From: Candidatus Babeliales bacterium
Lineage (GTDB): Bacteria; Babelota; Babeliae; Babelales; JACPOV01
DNA length: 64,000 nt
Reading direction: 5' to 3'
Assembly (NCBI GenBank): GCA_050250855.1
Contig: JBFWNW010000002.1
Coordinates: 128,001-192,000, forward strand
The notes beneath the pieces are model-generated. The model was not told the origin of the DNA and did not search any database. It was given only the letters and a program-made list of their open reading frames with translations. Shown in pieces: positions 50,031-58,740 of the stretch (the first letter of the stretch is position 1; each line of letters opens with the position of its first letter). The position numbers were made by a program, and so were the translations under genes.

Positions 50031-52196
50031 ATGAATACTATACTAGAAGAATTAAAGCAGTTAGTTACTCAGCTTGAGCAACGAGTAAAAGCATTAGAAA
50101 ATAAACTATATCATGTAGAAAAACCTTTGCCATCAGAAAGAACTCGTCCTTTGGTGCATGATGAGCCAGAGATTATGCGTGATGCACCGGCACAACAAAA
50201 AATTTTTGATTATAAACGCTTTGAGCTCAATATAGGAAAATATTTTTTACAAGTAGCAGGGGCTGGTATCTTTCTTATAGGAATGGGATTTTTACTTAAA
50301 TATTCTTTAGAACAAGGATTTTTGAGTCCTTGGGCTCGCGTAATTTTAGGGCTTATTACCGCAACAGGCGCTCTTGGCTGTGCAGAATATTTTCGCGTGC
50401 GTTACAAGCAGTGGGCATCAGGATTTAGTGCTGGCGGCATAGTGCTTTATTATCTTTCTTTTTATGCTGCGTATAATATTCATCATTTAATTTCTTTAGA
50501 GCAAGCATCTATTTGTTTTATGACAACCACTATGGCCGCATGGCTTTTTGCTTGGTGGCATGATTCATTTTTTATTGCACTGTTTTCTGCCATAGGAGCT
50601 TTTGCAACGCCGATGCTTCTTCATGTATCATCGTTTAATCAGCATCTTCTGATGGGTTATTTATTGGGACTATCGTTAGCGTATTTACTCTTTTCTTATG
50701 CAAAACAATGGTTTTCACTTTCATTAATTACTTTTTTGTTAACAGTGCTTTATTATGCTCATTTTCTAATACCTGTATTGATTGGTAATAAAAGATGCTT
50801 TTTTATTTTTGCTCAATGGTTTATTTATGCTGTGATTCCTTATTTTTATGTTTTTTTTATGCAGCCTAAAAAAACAAAGTTTGAATCTTGGCTGTACGCT
50901 CTTTCAACTATTTTTATCAGTATTGCTTTAGTGCACATACTTTCAAATGTACTCTTTGCAAAAGATTTAATCTGGCCTTTGAATAATATCGCCCAGAATT
51001 TGACGACTAAAGAATTAATTAAGCTCGTTGCTTTGGTCGGTGGTTTGGTTAATACGTTGTTATTGGTTGCGCTCTATGTCAGAGCTCGCACTGTTACTGC
51101 ATTTTTGGCAACGCTTTATTCATTAGCTATTACAGGATTTTTTATCGCTTGTATTACCCAATGGCATGGTTACGTTTTGATTGCACTTCTTGCTATTTGG
51201 AGTGCTGCACTTTTTTATCTCAGTTTTGTACTCAAGCAAGCAACTATGCGTATATACCCTTATATGATTTGGGTATTTATGGGGTGCCTGAGTATTATAG
51301 TGCTTTTTGAAAAACCAGAATATAGCTCTGTAATATTTAATTCTATCAATGGTTCATTGCTTCTGGTTTTTGTTGTTTACGTTCTTCTTTCATGGCTTGT
51401 AGAGATGTATCTTAATTCATTTACTACACGAGAATGCTTTGTTCCTTCTCTTGTGCAAGGCATTGCTTGCGCGCTTCCTGCTTATTGGATGCATACGCAT
51501 ATATGGCATTTTCCGTATCATATTATTGGATTAACCATCTATAGCGTAGTGCTTTTTGGGGCGGGCGTTTTTTTTGCAAAAAAATTAGTGCGTTCAATGG
51601 GCTATGCTTTTTATCTTATTGCTCTTATTTATTTTGGTATAGAATATAGTGCAAAAAATCTTCTCAATCCGTATTGGCATAATGAGCTTAATGGTATATT
51701 TGCAGCATTTGTTGTAGGAGCTTTATGTATGCTGCTTGCAATGGAATATATGCAGAAGAATCTTGAAAAAAAAGAGCTTTATTATGGCATTCCATGCATG
51801 CGCGTAGTATTTGCATTTTTACTTGGTGCTTGGATACGAGCAGATATTATTTTATATGGTGATGTTCTTAATATGCAGGGAGCATTTTTTACCAAGCGTT
51901 TGATGGGCTATACCGTTCAAGATGATTATCTGGTACGTCAACCATTAACTGATGTAATGCTTACACTATTTTATGCGCTCTATGCGATGGCGTTTATCAT
52001 AGTAGGGCTTTTATATAAAATAAAAGAGTTTCGTTATATAGGCCTTGTTGCAAGCATGATTGCTATAGGCAAACTATGGTTTATTATTATGGGCATGCCA
52101 GAAACGATACAGCGTATTGTTGCATTTTTATGTGTAGGTATTTTACTTATGATTATTTCATTCTTTTACCAAAAAATGAGTAAAAAAATAACATAG
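50031..52196 (+). CDS. DUF2339 family multi-pass membrane protein
   Basis: FELNIG...GMGFLLKYS, LSPWARV, IGAFATP, C-terminal RIVAFLCVGILLMIISFFYQK. Confidence 0.8.
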   Translation: MNTILEELKQLVTQLEQRVKALENKLYHVEKPLPSERTRPLVHDEPEIMRDAPAQQKIFDYKRFELNIGKYFLQVAGAGIFLIGMGFLLKYSLEQGFLSPWARVILGLITATGALGCAEYFRVRYKQWASGFSAGGIVLYYLSFYAAYNIHHLISLEQASICFMTTTMAAWLFAWWHDSFFIALFSAIGAFATPMLLHVSSFNQHLLMGYLLGLSLAYLLFSYAKQWFSLSLITFLLTVLYYAHFLIPVLIGNKRCFFIFAQWFIYAVIPYFYVFFMQPKKTKFESWLYALSTIFISIALVHILSNVLFAKDLIWPLNNIAQNLTTKELIKLVALVGGLVNTLLLVALYVRARTVTAFLATLYSLAITGFFIACITQWHGYVLIALLAIWSAALFYLSFVLKQATMRIYPYMIWVFMGCLSIIVLFEKPEYSSVIFNSINGSLLLVFVVYVLLSWLVEMYLNSFTTRECFVPSLVQGIACALPAYWMHTHIWHFPYHIIGLTIYSVVLFGAGVFFAKKLVRSMGYAFYLIALIYFGIEYSAKNLLNPYWHNELNGIFAAFVVGALCMLLAMEYMQKNLEKKELYYGIPCMRVVFAFLLGAWIRADIILYGDVLNMQGAFFTKRLMGYTVQDDYLVRQPLTDVMLTLFYALYAMAFIIVGLLYKIKEFRYIGLVASMIAIGKLWFIIMGMPETIQRIVAFLCVGILLMIISFFYQKMSKKIT

Positions 52197-52202
52197 GAAG
52201 CT

Positions 52203-52958
52203 ATGAACCGTTTTTTATACAGTTTTTTATTTCTTTGCACAGGATTGCTCTCTTCTGCTGAACTCAAAAAAATTAAATGTGAAGAAACTCCTGTAGAAAG
52301 GTGGAAAAAAATTATTGAACAAAGAGGTCTTAAATCCTTAGATCAAGCTGGCTATATTTTTGTATTTAATGGAAATAATACAATTTTTTATGCCAAAAGT
52401 GATGAAGCTTCTTTGTCTGATTATGATAATGCTGTTAAAAATCATGAAATGAAAGAAACAGAGCTTAAGAAAGCTCAAGAAAAAGTTGCTAGTATTTATA
52501 AAATTCATCTTATGCCTAAAGATGAGGATATGGATGCTATTTTTCAAGAGCTTTTAGATTATATTACAAAAAATAAAAAACTCCAGAGTCATCTTCATTC
52601 TATAAAAATTTACAAAAAATATGGCCAGACCATGCAGCAGCAAAAAAGGAACCCAAATATTGTTATGCCACGCATAGTAATTTATCCTGGTTTAGAAAAA
52701 TATCATGCTCAAGAAGCGCTGGATGTTCTGTATGCAAAGTTCAAAAATACACCTGGTTTGAATATCTCACCTCGTTATAATGCAAAACTTACTGATCTTA
52801 TTTATGTTGCGCAAGGTGATGGTGATTTTAAAGAGAACTATTCTAACTATTTTGAGCAGCCCAAAAGAGTTTATTATGATGAAAAAATGATTCCCATTAC
52901 TGCCGTTACTGCTGATCATTATCTGCGCCATCCAGAAACAAGAAAACCACTAAAATAA
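52203..52958 (+). CDS. Exported protein, putative phosphothreonine-lyase-like (paralog 1)
   Basis: Signal peptide; YKIHLMP, SIKIY, PRIVIYP, PRYNAK, AQGDGDFK. Confidence 0.5.
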   Translation: MNRFLYSFLFLCTGLLSSAELKKIKCEETPVERWKKIIEQRGLKSLDQAGYIFVFNGNNTIFYAKSDEASLSDYDNAVKNHEMKETELKKAQEKVASIYKIHLMPKDEDMDAIFQELLDYITKNKKLQSHLHSIKIYKKYGQTMQQQKRNPNIVMPRIVIYPGLEKYHAQEALDVLYAKFKNTPGLNISPRYNAKLTDLIYVAQGDGDFKENYSNYFEQPKRVYYDEKMIPITAVTADHYLRHPETRKPLK

Positions 52959-52969
52959 AAGAGAATTCT

Positions 52970-53761
52970 ATGAAAAAACTATTATTTTTTTTATCACTTA
53001 TTTCTTGTGAACCAAGCGTTTTTTGTATGGCAGAGAAAAAGAATCCTCAAGAAGAATGGGCTACTTTAGCAAAAAATTATGAAGGTTTTGGTACCCGTAA
53101 AGAGAGAGCGTATATAGTGTTTGGCGGTTGGTATAAAAAGGGTGAAAAAGAGATGCAGGAAGATGAGGAGCCTGATATTACTCTTCAGCGTTATCATAGT
53201 AATGCTCTTAATCTTAAAGAAAAAAATATAGCTTCTACTGCTAAAGAACAAATAAAAAAGGAGATGCAAGAAGAGGCTGTTGTTCTTGCGGGCACATATA
53301 AAATTCATCTTATGCCGCAAGATGATGCTATGAATTATATGGTTGAAGAACTTTTAAAGCTTATTGCTAAAAACAAAGAGCTGCAGGATTTGATTATAAG
53401 ATTTAAAGTACGCAGTGAATATGAAAAAACAAAAGAAGAGCAAAAAAAGGGTAAAGAACATATATTGCCCCGCATTGTAATGTATCCGATAGGTGGTAAG
53501 GCTCATGCACAAAAAGTGCTTAATGCTGTTTATGCAAACTTTAAAGATATTCCAGGAATTGATATTACGCCACGCTATAATGCAAAAGTAACAAGCCTAA
53601 TTTATGCTGCTCAAGGTGATGCTGATTTTAAAAATGACACTTATAAAAAATATTATGAAAGCTCTCGTATTTATTATAATAAAAAAGAGATTCCACCAGT
53701 AAAGCCAGACAAGGATCATTACCTAAAACATCCAGAAACGGGCAAAGATTTAAAAAAATAA
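52970..53761 (+). CDS. Exported protein, putative phosphothreonine-lyase-like (paralog 2)
   Basis: Signal peptide; YKIHLMP, RFKVR, PRIVMYP, PRYNAK, AQGDADFK. Confidence 0.5.
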   Translation: MKKLLFFLSLISCEPSVFCMAEKKNPQEEWATLAKNYEGFGTRKERAYIVFGGWYKKGEKEMQEDEEPDITLQRYHSNALNLKEKNIASTAKEQIKKEMQEEAVVLAGTYKIHLMPQDDAMNYMVEELLKLIAKNKELQDLIIRFKVRSEYEKTKEEQKKGKEHILPRIVMYPIGGKAHAQKVLNAVYANFKDIPGIDITPRYNAKVTSLIYAAQGDADFKNDTYKKYYESSRIYYNKKEIPPVKPDKDHYLKHPETGKDLKK

Positions 53762-53765
53762 TTCC

Positions 53766-55283
53766 TTATAATGCAATACCAACTTTACCCCACACAAGCC
53801 AGCGATTAAGAACAGTGTTTAATGCGCTAAATTCATAGGAGCCACCTACACTTGCAAAAACGGGAATACAAAGATCAGGCCATTGGTAGCCGCATGCGCC
53901 AAAAATTGTATGAGAAATTGCACACGGGTGTGCAGCAGAAAATAATCCTAAATCTTCTTCTCTAATGCGACTTTCATTGCTATACGGTGTGCCGGCTCCC
54001 GCATTATTATTACCAATATTACTGAGCCTATTGATTACATTTGCAACGAATACATTTCTTAAATCAGCAACAGCAGGTCCTTCTTGCCATGGATCTTTAA
54101 GTTGTAACTTTTCTGCTTGTCGAGCATAAAAATTATAACCAACTTCTATTTGTAGATCACAATGATCATAGCGCAGCATATTATTGAGGGTAAAAGCGAA
54201 CCCCGGATGCACTTTGAGTCTTTGCAGTAAAATTTGCGTTCCATTGATAACAGCACTGATGCCTTGACTTGCTGCTTCTTGATTAGCATACATGAGCATA
54301 TAACGGCTCCATGGACGATTTTTTAAATCAATCAAGCGAGTTTGTGTATTATTAAAAAGATAGCGCCCATGAGGGTGAGTTCTAAAAGAGAGCGAGCTGT
54401 TAGCATTAGACCAGAATTCAAGATCTATCATGCCACCCAGCATAATACCCCAATGTTTATTGTTACCAACAACAGGTTCAAACATAAATTCACCACGGGG
54501 TTTATTGCCTGTTGGCATAATGCCGCCAGTATAAACATCAAATTGCTTGTTTTTTGTATTAAGTATTTTATAACCAATTTTTAATTCAACATCAGCAACT
54601 CCTGCATGATTTTTTGCACCATCAATTTTACCCGCTTTAATATCAGTTTGTTCTGTGCCGCCTTTAAAAGCATCAACCATGTTAACTTTTGTTCCTTCTA
54701 GAGGAGTACCAGTTGTTAGAACACGATTTTCTTCTAGGCGCATATTGTTTTTTATCCAAAGGAAAGGGCAAGAAATTTCAAACCACCAATGTTTTTCGCA
54801 TGCATCACGTGGGTGTAAAAATTGGTTGTAGGTAAAACCAAAACCAGCAGCTTTTTGCTGTGGATTAAATGATAGTAAACTATTAAAAGTTCCGAATTGT
54901 ATATCACTTATAACATAATGAATATTAAAATGGACAGGATTAATATCACGATTAAAATTTTGTGGCAAACCCGCAATATTGGTTGTTTCAGAACTTACAA
55001 TTAAAGGTGTTACCGGTAGTGGGCTAAAAAAGAATCCTAAATCTTTTCCTTTTGTTGAAATACCACCAAAGGGCACAACTTGCATAGTGCCATTAAATCC
55101 ACATTTTCTTAAAAATACCTTATCATAAAAGAATGACTCTTTTTCAGGAGAAGCTGTTTGAAAGGGCGGGCGTACTGTAAAGAAGCTTTTATCAAATTCT
55201 GGCCACTCAGTGACTCGTCCTAAAAGTGCATTGGAGGTACAAAAAATAAAAAGAAAAATGAAAGATATTTTTTTTTGCTTCAT
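53766..55283 (-). CDS. Putative outer-membrane beta-barrel protein
   Basis: Signal peptide; GVADVELKIGY, PTGNKP, terminal strand RWLVWGKVGIAL. Confidence 0.6.
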   Translation of the reverse strand: MKQKKISFIFLFIFCTSNALLGRVTEWPEFDKSFFTVRPPFQTASPEKESFFYDKVFLRKCGFNGTMQVVPFGGISTKGKDLGFFFSPLPVTPLIVSSETTNIAGLPQNFNRDINPVHFNIHYVISDIQFGTFNSLLSFNPQQKAAGFGFTYNQFLHPRDACEKHWWFEISCPFLWIKNNMRLEENRVLTTGTPLEGTKVNMVDAFKGGTEQTDIKAGKIDGAKNHAGVADVELKIGYKILNTKNKQFDVYTGGIMPTGNKPRGEFMFEPVVGNNKHWGIMLGGMIDLEFWSNANSSLSFRTHPHGRYLFNNTQTRLIDLKNRPWSRYMLMYANQEAASQGISAVINGTQILLQRLKVHPGFAFTLNNMLRYDHCDLQIEVGYNFYARQAEKLQLKDPWQEGPAVADLRNVFVANVINRLSNIGNNNAGAGTPYSNESRIREEDLGLFSAAHPCAISHTIFGACGYQWPDLCIPVFASVGGSYEFSALNTVLNRWLVWGKVGIAL

Positions 55284-55379
55284 GAGGCATCCTTTTTAAA
55301 AAATGGAAGAAAGACACATAGATTCTATAATTATTTTTTTGGTAAGGCAATTCAAAAAAAATAACACAAAATACTATTC

Positions 55380-55985
55380 TTAAAAAAAGCGAAACGTTAG
55401 TTTCTTATCAAGCCAAAGGTGTGAAAGGGCACCAGCAATAAAAAATAATGCATCGTAGAAAAAAAGTGTGCTGCATGAAGGATATAATTGCGCAAAGCCG
55501 TACCATGCACCAAGAGGAAATGCAATTACAAACCAGGTATTATGAAAAATGCCGCGATGATTGGAAAGGAGTGGGATTATTGATGTTAAGCTGATAGCAG
55601 CAACAGCATAGAGTTTTTTTTTGCCAATGAGCGCTACTAAAGTAATAAAAACTATGGAATACCAGTATTTTTGAGACGTACTTTTTATATCAATGTCAGG
55701 AAACATTGCTCCTGCTAAAGTAAATAAAAGCCATTCAAAGCAGATTAGTAAAAAAGGCCATATGCACGACATAATAAAAGTAACGCTGGCAATAAAGAGC
55801 GGAAAATAATAATGGATAGTATATTCAATGGCCTCTAAGTATGAAGGGATGTGCTGTAACAACGTATGTTTATTGAGTGTAATAAATGAGCTGTTTTGTA
55901 GAAAATATTTATGAACTACACTTATAGTAAGCGCTATACAATATGCTATACAACCACCACCTATATGTTTTTTGTAATTTGCCAT
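55380..55985 (-). CDS. YdjM-like membrane metal-dependent hydrolase
   Basis: H near N-terminus, FPDID, HRGIFH, SHLWLD. Confidence 0.8.
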   Translation of the reverse strand: MANYKKHIGGGCIAYCIALTISVVHKYFLQNSSFITLNKHTLLQHIPSYLEAIEYTIHYYFPLFIASVTFIMSCIWPFLLICFEWLLFTLAGAMFPDIDIKSTSQKYWYSIVFITLVALIGKKKLYAVAAISLTSIIPLLSNHRGIFHNTWFVIAFPLGAWYGFAQLYPSCSTLFFYDALFFIAGALSHLWLDKKLTFRFF

Positions 55986-56084
55986 TCTCTTTCCTTATTT
56001 ATGCTTCTTTACTCTCATTATTCAAAAAAACTCTTGAATAATTATTACATTTTTTCCCTATAATGAAAGAAAAAAGGTTGTGTT

Positions 56085-56381
56085 ATGAAAAAATATATAG
56101 TTCTATTCGGCTTTACGTTTTTACTACAGGGTTTTCAGCCACCAGTAAAAAAAATTCGACCTATTGTGATTGAGCTTGAAGAAGCGCGGCAACGTGTTCA
56201 TGAAGCAGTGAGTGATTTAGATGCTTTTGAAGAAACACTTAAAAAAAATGGCACACAAAATACAGCCGCAGCACAAACTATTCTTATGAGAAAAAGAAGA
56301 GTTGTGCGCAATGCTCAAAATAGTTTAAATAGGATTCAGCAAAAAGCTATGAGTCTTAAGAATCCACCTGATGAGGTGTAG
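56085..56381 (+). CDS. Small exported coiled-coil hypothetical protein
   Basis: MKKYIVLFGFTFLLQG signal-like; helical body. Confidence 0.55.
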   Translation: MKKYIVLFGFTFLLQGFQPPVKKIRPIVIELEEARQRVHEAVSDLDAFEETLKKNGTQNTAAAQTILMRKRRVVRNAQNSLNRIQQKAMSLKNPPDEV

Positions 56382-56401
56382 TAAGGGAACTTAAAGATAT
56401 T

Positions 56402-56478
<77 letters not shown>

Positions 56479-56592
56479 TCGACTTTTTAAGTATTCTTAT
56501 GGTAACGGCTTTATTTCATTTGTCAACATTAATTTGCGCTAAATATCGCCAAAAAAGGGCTTAGGCAAAAATTTATGCCTTGTTGATTAAAT

Positions 56593-56994
56593 TTATACCT
56601 GTAAAGCTCTTTTTTCTAGGATTACAAACGCAGTGGCAGTAGTTTTTGTGTGAGTTAAGGAGATAAAGGTGGTGAGGTCATTGCCGGCAGGGTAAAAAAG
56701 GTCCCAGGCAATACACAGTTTATTGTGCCCATTTTTTTGCTTACAAAGAGCACTATGTTTTATAACAGAGACCAAGGGAAGTTCCTGTTCAGGGAAGCTT
56801 GCGCAAAATGCTTTATAAAATGCTTCTTTTGCCGCAAAACGAACAGCAAAGCGCTCAGCGCTTTTTATGGGATTTTCAAGACAATAAGCAATCTCTTCAG
56901 GGCTAAAAATTTTCAGAAGTGATTTCTCTTCAAAGCTGTGCCATTGAGCAAATTTTTCAATATCAACTGAATCAATACCTATTCCTGTTATCAT
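56593..56994 (-). CDS. acpS: Holo-ACP synthase
   Basis: GIGIDSV, FAVRFAAKEAFYKA, ISLTHT. Confidence 0.92.
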   Translation of the reverse strand: MITGIGIDSVDIEKFAQWHSFEEKSLLKIFSPEEIAYCLENPIKSAERFAVRFAAKEAFYKAFCASFPEQELPLVSVIKHSALCKQKNGHNKLCIAWDLFYPAGNDLTTFISLTHTKTTATAFVILEKRALQV

Positions 56995-56995
56995 A

Positions 56996-58543
56996 TTATC
57001 GTTGTTTCATTTTTTCTAAATTTTGATCTAACGAGCGATAAAAAATTGCTTCACGAATATGGTGCGCCTCAATGACATCTTGATTTTCAAGATCGGCAAT
57101 AGTACGAGCAACTTTTAAAATTTTATGATACCCGCGCATGCTTAAATTAAGTTTATCAAATGCTGTTTTAATAAGAGTTTCTGCCTGGCTTGTCAGTTGG
57201 CAATGATTCTCAATCATATCTGGGCTCATAGAACTGTTCCATGTATTTTTACCATTAAAGCGTATTGCTTGTTTTTCAAGAGCTATGGAAACCTGTTTAT
57301 ATAAATCGGTAGAACTTACTGAATGTTCTTGCGTATTTTTAAGCGTATCATATTCAACTGAAGGAACATGAATTTGTAAATCAATACGATCAAGCATAGG
57401 GCCTGAAAGTTTTTCTAAATATTTTTCAATAGATTGTTTTGAGCAGTTGCAAGGTTTTTTAGCATCACCTAAAAAGCCACAAGGACATGGATTAAGTGCT
57501 GCAATGAGTAAAAAATTTGCAGGGAAATGCACCGAATGAGTTGCGCGAGAAATGCAGACTGTTTTATTTTCTAGTGGCTGACGCAGTACTTCAAGCGTTG
57601 TTCGTTTAAATTCGGTTAATTCATCCAAAAATAAAATACCATTGTGCGTTAAACTAATTTCTCCGGGTTGTGGAAATGAGCCGCCGCCAACAAGCCCAGC
57701 TTGCGATATGGTGTGGTGAGGATTTCTAAATGGCCGTTGCGTAATCAATGGCTGGTTGCCAAGTTTACCGCTAACAGAGTAAATTTTACTTGTTTGCAAT
57801 GTTTCATCAAAATTCATGGGCGGCATAATAGTAGGCAAGCGTTTTGCAAGCATAGTTTTACCAGAGCCGGGCGGCCCGATAAAAAGAATATTATGTCTTC
57901 CTGCTGCCGCAATTGAAAGAGCACGTTTTGCTTGGTGTTGTCCTTTTACTTGATTAAAATCTAAAGAAGGAGTTTCTTGCAACTTCAGATAGTGAGCAAA
58001 AGAATGTTTAGTCGGTTCTATGGTTTTTTCATCACGCAGATAAGCAATCAGTTCTACTAAATGTTGAGCGCCAATAACTTCAATATTTTCTATAAGTGCC
58101 GCTTCTTGCGCATTCTGTTGCGGTACAATAATACGCTTTTTATGAAGCCTTTGTGCATCATACGCAATAGGCAATGCCCCTTTAATGCTTCTGATAGAAC
58201 CATCAAGAGAAAGTTCGCCAAGGAATAATGTTTCTTGTAAAAAATCTTGAGAAAGTTGTAGATAGTTAGCGGCTTGCAAAATGCCAATGGCAATAGGTAG
58301 GTCAAAGAGCGTTCCTTCTTTTTTTAAATCAGCTGGCGCTAAATTGACAGTAATTTTTTTTTCTGGAAAATTAAAGCCACTATTTTTAAGAGCGGTTGAA
58401 ATACGCTGTTTACTTTCTTTAATGGCGGTATCAGGGAGTCCAACAATATGAAACTGTATCATGCCAAAAGAAAGATCAACTTCGACATGGACAAGGTGAG
58501 CATCTACCCCTATAGTAGTAGCAGAAAAAATTTTAGTATGCAT
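56996..58543 (-). CDS. comM: ComM/YifB Mg-chelatase-like AAA+ ATPase
   Basis: IVGLPDTAIKES, NLAPADLKKEG, GPPGSGKTMLA, LNPCPCG, LSGPMLDRID. Confidence 0.9.
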   Translation of the reverse strand: MHTKIFSATTIGVDAHLVHVEVDLSFGMIQFHIVGLPDTAIKESKQRISTALKNSGFNFPEKKITVNLAPADLKKEGTLFDLPIAIGILQAANYLQLSQDFLQETLFLGELSLDGSIRSIKGALPIAYDAQRLHKKRIIVPQQNAQEAALIENIEVIGAQHLVELIAYLRDEKTIEPTKHSFAHYLKLQETPSLDFNQVKGQHQAKRALSIAAAGRHNILFIGPPGSGKTMLAKRLPTIMPPMNFDETLQTSKIYSVSGKLGNQPLITQRPFRNPHHTISQAGLVGGGSFPQPGEISLTHNGILFLDELTEFKRTTLEVLRQPLENKTVCISRATHSVHFPANFLLIAALNPCPCGFLGDAKKPCNCSKQSIEKYLEKLSGPMLDRIDLQIHVPSVEYDTLKNTQEHSVSSTDLYKQVSIALEKQAIRFNGKNTWNSSMSPDMIENHCQLTSQAETLIKTAFDKLNLSMRGYHKILKVARTIADLENQDVIEAHHIREAIFYRSLDQNLEKMKQR

Positions 58544-58740
58544 AGATAGTGCGCATTATTTTAAAATTAAAAAATACTTATAATGCTTCATTATAGCACA
58601 TATTTTTCATATGGAAAAGTGGATTGGTTCGTTTTTATGATATTCCTAAAAAGTTACAAAAGAAAATGTGCTTCTTTTTAAAAATAAGGTACAATAAAAG
58701 GCTACTAGTCATAGAAAATCATTCTATTATGGATACATGT

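Noticed and set aside
52203..53761. Lanthipeptide biosynthesis cluster
   Set aside because: No kinase or cyclase domains, precursor peptide or transporter; both proteins have signal peptides.
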